From Bugula neritina (taxonomy: Eukaryota; Animalia; Bryozoa): a DNA stretch of 64,000 bases. Below the pieces are notes generated by a model, which was given only the letters and a program-made list of their open reading frames with translations, ran no database searches and was not told the DNA's origin. The DNA is taken from the NCBI GenBank assembly GCA_964035545.1, contig OZ037770.1, forward strand, positions 1,178,001 to 1,242,000, in the 5' to 3' direction. Positions 54,852 through 64,000 of this stretch are shown here, in pieces. A program made the translations under genes and the position numbers. Position 1 is the stretch's first letter. Each line of letters begins with the position of its first letter.

Positions 54852-57800
54852 ATATGTATATATGTATATATGTATATATGTATATATGTATATATATCTT
54901 AGGAATACCATGATACCAATAATGATAATGATAAAAAGTACTACTCATAAAGTCTCCAAAATAGATTTGAGAGTAAATCTTTCAATTTTTAAATGTATAA
55001 TTTCAAGTTTGAACGGAACTCAGTATACGTGTCAGAGAAAACCTAATCTGTTGGAAGATGGAAATGATAGTTTTATGCGTGATTTGGTATTATCACTTAT
55101 TTGAATTACCGCTAGGGTTTCCAGTGACCAGATTAAATGGAGCTTGTCACATTGTTCAATTACTCTCCCCTTACTGTATACCAGTTTGCACTGAGTGACA
55201 TAATAATTATTCGCCTAGTTATTAGTTAGAAATGATTAATGGCGAAATATTAAGTTCATTAATTAGTTAATATTCAATAGCTGAACAAACAAAATGACAG
55301 GACAAAGCATAGAGGATCCATCTTGAAAGTAGCTCCCATCTCAATGTGACAGCATTTTCAGGTTTATGGGAGAAAGAAGAATTTCACAAACTATCAGTTC
55401 CAAAATTATTCTAAATATGGAAGACAATTCCCACGTCATTGAAAAAGCAGAGTAAGTACCATGTGTCCAAGAGATTCAAAAGTAAAACAATTATGAGCGC
55501 TAAATGCTAAGATTTGGACTGCAATCAGGTAATCAATATTTCTTGCATGTATCCGCGGCTGAAAGCTGGTCAATCAATTTCATTCATCCATTCAGTAAAT
55601 TATGCAGGGTTCATTAGTTGGGGACCATTTTACCTATAATTCTATAAGCATAACAATAGGGAGATACAATCATCTTGATGAGGTGCGTGAGAAAATGACA
55701 TTAAACTAAACTAAAGGTAGTTACATAATTCTAAGAATTTCAGACTATGCAGGCCAACTTAGAAGTCAAAAGATAGGGACAATAAAATAGCACAACTTTT
55801 TGTAGTCTAATTATTAAAGATTGCATGCTTTCAACATTTCAGTTTGTAATCAAAAACCCAAACAAATTTGGTTAACATTTCTGCAATGTTCAGGTAATAA
55901 AAGTCTTTTCAAAAGCTCACCTCAGGAGATTTTTTTATTTGAGGTTTTTTCTGAATTGGATTCACAGAGCTAGTTAGTGAAGACTACTAGCTACAAGATA
56001 AGCTAGCATTTGCCACCTCATCATCAACCCATATAAATAAATGTGTATATAATAGTGACACTTGATAAGATTGTAGAACTGCCTCATCAACATTCAACCA
56101 CCTGTCGAAAATTGTCACCTTCTTTCTGTTTACACTCTCAACACACCCTACTTGTCAAAATATCTTGACACTTTGTCACATGTAGTGAAAAAACTCTTTC
56201 TCGCAGTTACATTTTAGTAAAAACAGATAACAACAGCAAAAAGTTAGCAGTAAGAGCCAAAACACACAACTTGGACAAGTTTTCACTTCAGTAGTTTTGT
56301 TATGAAAAATGTTTAACTACGTTCAGTTCTTGAAGAAGCCACAGAAAGTTCAATGCGGGTCATTAATAATATCTCATGAGTAAAAATTGAAAAAACTAAG
56401 AAGCCTATCAATCGGGTTTAGGAAACGATTAAAGCAGTCAGATTTTATAATCACTTAAAATATTAAAATTCAGTTTGCTATGGTGGCAAAAACTCCAGTG
56501 GCATGTATAATTAGGCATTACGCCATAATAACGGGAAGTGTCACTTTGAATAGAGAAGACCGAAGGAGGCAGGTTCTTGCTGATGACACGCTGTTGAAGT
56601 GACAAAAACTGTCACCCCCTCCTCTTTCACAGTATTGCTGTCCACTTCTGATAATTTTTAAAATTAAAAGAATTTCCCATCATTAGGTTGATAGAATCAA
56701 TCAAGCTTGAAAATGTATTTTAATGAATAATAAAATACTATAAAGCTATATAAGTTACTGAAAGAAATGCTGAAAAATATCTCAAAGATTGAAAGGCTCT
56801 CTTTTCAAAGGTGCCAAGTATTTGCAATGGAAGTAATAAGTGACTTTTAACTTGCAGGTTAAGTGTTCTACATAATCTTCTAACTAAATGTTAACCTGCA
56901 AAAGCTGACAGCCAGACTATTACCTAAAGCTGTAGTTACGGCATCGAGTTACTGGTAATATTTAGCATATATTTGTCCACAGGGCTGTATAAATAACTTA
57001 TAATCCAATTCAAATAACACCGTTATTGGAAATTCTAGCTCATTTACAAGAGCTTGCTAAACATGAAACTCTCCCAACATTAAATTACCAATAATTTAAT
57101 TGCTGATAAATAACAAGCTGAGCTTTATGAGTAGAAAGAATGTTTACAAAGAAAATCTACTACTCTTTATAACAAGAACTCAAATCTTGATTCTAAAAGC
57201 CTGTAACTCATGTAACTTTGCATTTTTACCGATAATAATTAAAGTCAATGCTAATGAAGAGGTTTTAGTAAATATTATTGAAGTTACTGCCTAATAAAGG
57301 CAATTGAAAAGCACTTGTCAAGCCATGCCATCATTGGCAATGAGGGAGCACTTGTCAAGATATACTAATGACACTTGACAAGCACCTTGCTGGGCAGTCA
57401 GAGCCTCTGCAATGCAGACAAGTAAAACCAGGTAGGATTCTGAACCATGCAGTGCAATCCCACGGCTTGGGAACTCAATTTAAAGCTGAGATTATTGTGC
57501 TTGCTATATCCGTGTTGAGGGTGAATTACTGCTAATCCACTCAAGTAATGATATTCAAGGCATTACCAATTAAAATCTATTTCACAGAATTATTTCTAAG
57601 ATTTGACTTACCACCAGATTTAAGAATTATATCTACAATGTCAACTAGTATAAGGAGAGACAGGAAAATTTCCCCAAGTGCAAAATAAGCTCTAAACAAT
57701 TTGACACTGCTGTGCATGTAGCATACAGTTGTCTCTAATATGACACATTATAGACACCAAGTGAAAGCTGTCAGTGTCACATGCCTCACTTGTCAGTTCT

Positions 57801-60662
57801 GCTCATGGTAAACTAATTCAAGGGTGGTCACATTTCTAGAAAATCACAGTTCTGCAAAAAAACTGATAAAAAAAATTTGATGATTTGTATTTCCAAAATA
57901 GCTTCATCTAGCCATGACATTTGCCAGAAGATTTAGACAGGGAAAAGCAGGTACTAGACAAGTATGCAACAGCTATTGCAGGTACTTGCAAGTGGTTGTA
58001 GTAGTGAAAGGCACAAGTTACTGAAGTGTCTCTTGTAATCTGCTAAGTAAATAGAGAAGAGGTGAGTGGGGAGATAGGGCCACTTATTCAAGGATGTAGC
58101 TGAAGATGTCATATACCAGTGTCCTATCACACCGACTAGTAATAGCTAGTAGCTCTTTCATCAACAAACTATTGGTGCTAATTGATAAAACAGAGTTTTA
58201 ATTGGCATTTAGCTTAAGCTCCCAAGTATGAACTTGAAGCAAGGGGGGCAGTAAATAGTGACACTAGGGTCGTAACTGCAAGGGAGGGTGAAATCTCTCA
58301 GTCAACAACTTTGAGAAAACTGCTTTTTAATTACTAATTCATGGAAAGTATTTTAAACTCACTGAACTACGAGGTTTCATCTAAAGTTTCTAGAAAGTTC
58401 TACAAGTTCGTTCCTCGACTGTAGGAATATGATAATAGTTACTTGGCAGTTTACAATCTGCTAACTGGGCTGTTAATAGCTCCAGGTCTGGCAATATTTT
58501 GCAGATTACTATTAATCATATTGATAAACAATCAGTCTGATTTGTTAAAAAATATGCAGATCTTTCAGACAGACAACAAAATATGCAATAATAACTGCAG
58601 CCCACCCATGAAGCTTTCATCTCGTAAGCAATAAACAAAAACCTTATAGTTGCTGAGGAATTCACGTTTGAAAATGATATTTCTACTTTCATATTTGTTA
58701 CATTATTTACTGGTCATGCTTAGAGGATTGCTGAAAATTTGTCACAACTATTTATAATGAGCACCTGTCGGGCATGCCACTATTTGACGAGTGGCCACAG
58801 GTGCTCCTATGAAATTGTGTACATAAATGTAATCATATAGACTCGGCTGACTACTCGAGTATAGAAAGTAAATTAGTCTAAATTTTGCGGTGGAACCTTT
58901 TTTCAGACTATTGTCTGCAATAATCCCAAGGCAAACTATATATTTACTTAATTTGACTAAGTAGCCTGCACTGAGAATGGCTAGCAATTCAATAACAAAA
59001 GGCAAACATTCTTACTTGGGGATTATTTGAATGATAATTGTTTACAGTGTAAAGATGTAAGAACGGCTTACTTCCACTAAAATTCAATCAATTGTACACA
59101 GAATCCACTTAAATGGCAATTCAACATAAGAGTCATTAGACACAATGTTGACTTGTCTACTCACTCTTAGAGCACCTTGCTCACATGCCATATATATTAT
59201 ATATACACTCTACTCACTCTTAGAGCACCTTGCTCACATGCCATATATATTATGTATACACTCTACTCACTCTTAGAGCACCTTGCTCACATGCCATATA
59301 TATACTTTATTTATTCATAGAGCTCCTTGCTCACATGCCATATACACACTTTACTTATGCATAGAGCACCTTGCTCACATGCCATTTAGACACTTCACTA
59401 GTTTCTGGAGCATGTTGTACCATATAGACATTTTACTCAATCTTATTCTATCGCTAAATTTCAAGTAAATAAGCCTTCATTAAAAAACGATTTGTGCCTG
59501 AGAGAAAAAATAAGATAATATGCTTTTTGAGACATTAGCAATATTTGCACTGAATGAAAAAAGAAATATGATTACTGGATAGTTTTCTCAAAACAATAAT
59601 TCACCCACAAGTTCAAGCAATTTAGTTGGCAGCATTTTCATGTTTATTGCCAACACAGAGCTATATTAATAACATTGCTGCAGCATTAAAACCTTTAATA
59701 ATGAAGTTCCTACTCATAGCACTGGTAGACTATTCCAAGAGTTGAATCTAAGTTTGTAAAATGTTATTTACTGTCAGCCTGGCAGCTTGAAGCTGCAGAA
59801 ATCTATTTGAAACAAGTAAATGATAATTAGTTGAATACAATACAAGAACAGCTGGAGAACAGCTGTCTGCCTCTCACTAGTAGCTGCCTACACATCTGCA
59901 TTCCTACATTTTTAGTTCCCCTAAATATTTTGTGAAAGGCGAAAAGCAGCTTGATAATAAAACCATGTGCTGTAAAACAGTCTAAAGCAAAAAATGGTGT
60001 ATTTTACTTATATTTTATGCATCTTAGAAAAACTTGTTAGCTTTAACAGAAGCAAGGCGTGGTGGTTTCGGAGATCTTATCATAATAAAAGTAATTTGAA
60101 TAGTTATGGCTTTTAGTTTTAGCTTTTCTGAAAAGCCCGGGCCATCAATGAACATAGACTAAAAGTAAAAGGAAGTGTCCATAGAAACTTTCAAAAAAAG
60201 TTAAAAGTAAAAACTAAAACTCAACAAAATAATACAAAAAATAGAATAAAATTTACAGATGTAAAAAAATCTAACCTTGACATTTTCGCAGACGGATCTG
60301 CAGGGTCCAATCAGCTGTTCCACTTGAGTATCACACATTGGCACGTAGGCTGTGCAGAGGAACATTTTAAGCTGACTGGAACATCTGTGCGATATCAGAG
60401 GCTTGAAGGTCAAAAGAAGATCGCGGGAACCCTGCTGCGTGTAGGTCTCCCCATTCAACAAATTCGGTACTCCAGTGAAATTGTATCCTAAATGGTCTTT
60501 GCACATGTCTACTATTATCGGCTCACATTTTCGTTTTGGTGTGTCGAAAGTATCGAATCTGAAAGCTGCCGGGTCCAAGTCCGCAAAACTAAAATTCCCG
60601 TAGAAGCTTGTAGAAAGAATGAAAACAAAAATCGTACGGTGCAGTAGGCAGAAGCTCCCCAT
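51674..60662 (-). CDS. FZD4: Frizzled-4-like Wnt receptor (602 aa) with degenerate intracellular signalling motifs
   Basis: Exons 60662-60276, 53739-53438, 52793-51674 (intron phases 0 and 2). Signal peptide, 10-Cys CRD ([46 protein letters not shown]), 7TM with [37 protein letters not shown] and SMCME favour the FZD4 subfamily. Confidence 0.9.
53788..53942 (-). mobile_element. tRNA-derived SINE, family A (degenerate)
   Basis: Reverse complement of the family A core (gatgctcctcctaacatcaccaat) and head (ccatgacct). Confidence 0.6.
54768..54897. repeat. (TA)n and (TATATG)-type microsatellite in Frizzled intron 1
   Basis: Direct run. Confidence 0.95.
59156..59390. repeat. ~58-bp tandem repeat in Frizzled intron 1
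   Basis: Core tagagcaccttgctcacatgccat occurs five times with 58-bp and shorter spacings. Confidence 0.88.
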
Positions 60663-60746
60663 GGTGATGGAGTTGAGATTTATTGCGCTGATTACATGAT
60701 AAGTCTATCCACTTCAAAGACACACTTTCTACTGCCAATAATAGTA

Positions 60747-60805
60747 TTTATAAACTACACGATACACATTAGCGCGCGGCTGTGTAAATAACGCCAGCCA
60801 ATCAG
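60747..60805 (-). promoter_or_regulatory. Putative Frizzled core promoter: TATA box plus CCAAT (NF-Y) box
   Basis: TATAAA on the minus strand at 60752-60747, about 85 nt upstream of the ATG. agccaatcag at 60796-60805, with a small CpG patch between them. Confidence 0.45.
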
Positions 60806-61631
60806 AGGCGAGGATGAGTAAGTTATCCGCAAACAGTGTATTATATTGCACACCCATTGAATGATAACATCGGGCAGTCAATAGTGTATCAGGAGAGTGC
60901 AGAAAGGAACAGTAAACTAATATTTTAAAGAAGCTCAGATGTATACAATGTTATTAGTTTCTTGTTTACTCGAAACTATAAACTGTAACAAAGTTATGGA
61001 TTTGCTATAATTATGGTAAAACTTGGCTGTGAAAATAAAATTATTTTGATGAATTAGTAAAAAGAAATTTACAAAAAACTGCATAGTGGGCTGCCATAAG
61101 AAAATGTCAACATATATAAGATGTATAAGAAAGTTGGAGAGTGCTTAAATTTTTTTGCAATTGAAAATTTTAATAAAATATGAGCTTCAAGCCCCACAGC
61201 TCAATGAGTCATCTGAAGACAACTCCAAATTTCAGATTTAGTTTTTTTTCCTCCTCCTTCTACACATAAACATTCAACTATAAGAGTTATATAATAGCAA
61301 GCTTATCAACGAGGTTATCTGGTGATAATTGCCAATTAATTAAAACTCCTGAGATTACAAAAACAAAAAGGGAAATATTTTAAAACTTTCCGAGACTTTT
61401 TACTAAAATACAAAATCTATAAGCAGAATTTACATACTCCATTCATTTAATAAATATACGCATATCATTACCTGGTAAACATGCAGTAATAGTATTTTGT
61501 TTGTTAATTATATTAGAATTTTTGTACGATTGACATATTATGCATTTCAATAGAACAAACAAAATATTGCAAATTTATTAATAAATATCTAGCTCTATAA
61601 TATGTGTATGATGTGCCATATGTAATGTGTA

Positions 61632-61678
61632 TCTGCGTACAGCAGCTATTTTAGGATTTGTTCCCTCATCAGTACAGA
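61632..61678 (-). ncRNA. Degenerate type I hammerhead ribozyme copy (G12 to A; probably inactive)
   Basis: Minus strand tctgta CTGATGA ggga-acaaa-tcct AAAA tagc-t-gctg TA cgcaga; clearly homologous to the copy at 62397. Confidence 0.65.
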
Positions 61679-62396
61679 ACGGAGTACCAAGGCTCCACCA
61701 TTGTGATGGAAAGAAAGGAAGTTATGTTTTTATTCAAGCAGATTGTTTGTTCACAAGGTGACCCAGTTTTTTAAAGAGCCAGATAGACATTGTCTTGGTT
61801 ACAGCTTGATGCTTAGCTCAATAATTAGTACAACTACAATATGTGGTTGGCTAAATATATGGTTAACTATAATAATATTATAGTTATAGTAACATAGTTA
61901 TATTATATATTTCAATACTGCAGTCACTGGAGTTGTAAAACAGGAGCAGATAACTCTAAAATGATGTCATAGTAGGCGCTACATACAGATGTTGTTAAGT
62001 GAGTAGATAAATCCAAACTAGCAAAATCACAAGAGTTGCGTGTCATACACATGCGCAATATATTATCATTATAAAAAATTCTGGCTCATTACTACAAGAT
62101 GAGTAATTGTGTTTGGATGAATGTTTATACCTATTTCTTAGCTCAACTTATATAGAGGTATATGAAATTCATCTCTTGGCTTAGTAGAGGACAGGATGAA
62201 GCCGATGACAGAGCTGTGCTAAATGTTAAAAGCTGAAACTAATAATTGCAGATAGTCATTGTCATTCTTTATACTTGTCAACAGCTTTAAAATACTGGCA
62301 GCTCTTCTGACTTTAAGTTTAAATTTTTCAGGTTTGTGTACATTAATTATGCATGCACCCAAAATTTCGAGACACGCACACACACACATATCTCAA

Positions 62397-62443
62397 TCTG
62401 TGTACAGCAGCTGTTTCGGGGTGTGTCCCCTCATCAGCACAGA
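62397..62443 (-). ncRNA. Minimal type I hammerhead ribozyme (intact core, GUA cleavage triplet)
   Basis: Minus strand tctgtg CTGATGA gggg-acaca-cccc GAAA cagc-t-gctg TA cacaga. Stem I 6 bp, stem II 4 bp, palindromic stem III, all conserved core nucleotides present. Confidence 0.85.
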
Positions 62444-62971
62444 ACAGAGTACCATGGTTATTGCACTTTCAAGAAACTTTTCAAACTTAATGTCTAGTAT
62501 GACAGATAGCAGTTAGATTAGAGTGATTAATAGTCACATGTAGAAGTGAACTTATATTGATAAATAAACGTATACTGATGAAAGCACTATATATTTAATG
62601 TACATAAACAAAGCAACTTAAGAGCTGAAGAATCTGAACTGCGTGTCAAAAATAAAACCCCCCTATAAAAACCTCAAATTATTCCCAAGAGGGGATTCCC
62701 CCAGGTTAGAAACCATTTCTCTACACTCTACCGTATATTGCTCCCCCCACGTATACTATTATACATGCACTGGTCAAACTATTGTTGCTGGTATTTTGAG
62801 TTGCGTAGTGCTTTCATGCAGAACAAAACCCCTCCTCCTAATTACAGCCAATAAACGATTCTTCAACCTCAGCGTTGGAACCATATACTATCCATCTGAT
62901 ATGGAGCACTTGAGTGAATGTCCTAACTCACAAAGCAGAATAATCCTAGCACCCCAGCTATCATAACTTCA

Positions 62972-63443
62972 ATGAGTAACTCTAGCTACAGTTTTGTTAC
63001 AGCAACTGAAGCAAGGGGTATAGATAGGAAAATGGGTGACAAAGTTTGGGTTAACATAGAGGAGTTTATAACTAATAATTTGAAAGGAAATGATCATTTT
63101 AAAAATGAATATCATGTTGAAAAAGAACTTGGCAGAGGGGGTTTTGGAGTAGTGTACAGAGCCAATCCTCTTCAATCTGAACATACCCAAGACCTAGGAG
63201 AAGAAGTTGCCATAAAGGAAATAGAGGTTGAAAGCTTAAACGATTTGGCTGCAGCTGTTAAAGAAGTGTTGATGTTAAAAGGTGTCGATAAACATCCAAA
63301 TGTTGTGAAAGTTTATGATGACTTGTCTTGGTACACTTTACCTGAAAATGAAGATATACCCTTTGATGATCAAAATGATATACAACCTGAGGATATGCTG
63401 AATGCCTTAAAAAGTGATGCAGCTGGGACTGTAGACTGTAAAG
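62972..63443 (+). CDS. Ser/Thr protein kinase, first visible coding exon (subdomains I-IV plus an acidic insert); continues beyond the window
   Basis: LGRGGFGVVY, VAIK, helix-C KEV, HPNVVKVY; donor AAG|GTGAGT at 63443/63444. Confidence 0.85.
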
Positions 63444-64000
63444 GTGAGTTTTATCTTACTGATTACGTTAAAACTAGTAATAAAATAGTGAATAATCTTA
63501 CATAAAACTGGTGATATAACGTTTAGCAAAATGGTGAAAACTAAAAAAAAATGGGTTTTTATATCTATTGTCATTATTCATCTGAATATAGCTATACAAG
63601 ACTCCCAGCTTCTCCGACTCACCTAGCTGTTGAACTTTTCTGTCACTATGCGTACACAAGTATATTATAGCTAATAACTTTTAGAACAAGCTGAGTTTTG
63701 ATTAACAGTGTATATATCCATAATGAGTTTAGTAAAAATTACCTTATAAGATCTTTGTAAAAGTCTTGGTTTAAACAGGTTTCCACACTACCCCCTCATT
63801 CACACTTACCGTAACGTACGTCGTAACAGCAAAAATAAAATGGCGACGCTGTTGCATTTTGTCAACGGGTGTTCACACATTGCCGTAAAAGTACAATGCA
63901 TGACGTTGAGCTGTGACCAATCATAATAAAGCCAACTCTTGCCTGCGGTGATTTGAACGCCTTTGAATATTATTTACAAATTATTCGCAACATTCTTATC

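Noticed and set aside
56578-56620. Other CTGATGA/CTGAAGA occurrences as hammerheads (also near 40918, 47664, 62575)
   Set aside because: No stem II followed by GAAA, and no stem I/III pairing.

Overview
AT-rich, intron-dense DNA from an invertebrate animal with a compact genome. It is not prokaryotic, so most ORFs in the supplied track are exon fragments or repeat artefacts. I built eight gene models by hand from GT-AG junctions and reading phase: (1) the 3' part of a divergent GDP-fucose-transporter-like SLC35C1 (+); (2) SLC35E2 (-); (3) a complete 23-coding-exon class IA PI3K catalytic subunit PIK3CA (-, 1059 aa); (4) a small single-FN3 type I membrane protein (+); (5) a secreted single IGFBP-domain protein with a Thr-rich tail (-); (6) an unrecognised ~465-aa protein with SPxK and acidic octapeptide repeats (-); (7) a Frizzled-4-like receptor (-); (8) the first visible exon of a Ser/Thr kinase (+). 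Intergenic and intronic DNA carries two tRNA-derived repeat families, two hAT-type MITEs with target-site duplications, a foldback-like element and microsatellites. Three observations stand out. (a) Most PIK3CA introns, and one intron of gene 6, contain private minisatellites, many built from their own splice site, so they stack up decoy donors or acceptors that were non-productive wherever I translated them. (b) An intact minimal type I hammerhead ribozyme and a decayed copy lie 765 bp apart upstream of the Frizzled gene. (c) The Frizzled has lost KTxxxW, W7.55 and P6.43, which suggests a decoy or atypical Wnt receptor. All homology statements come from remembered family sequences, not database searches.
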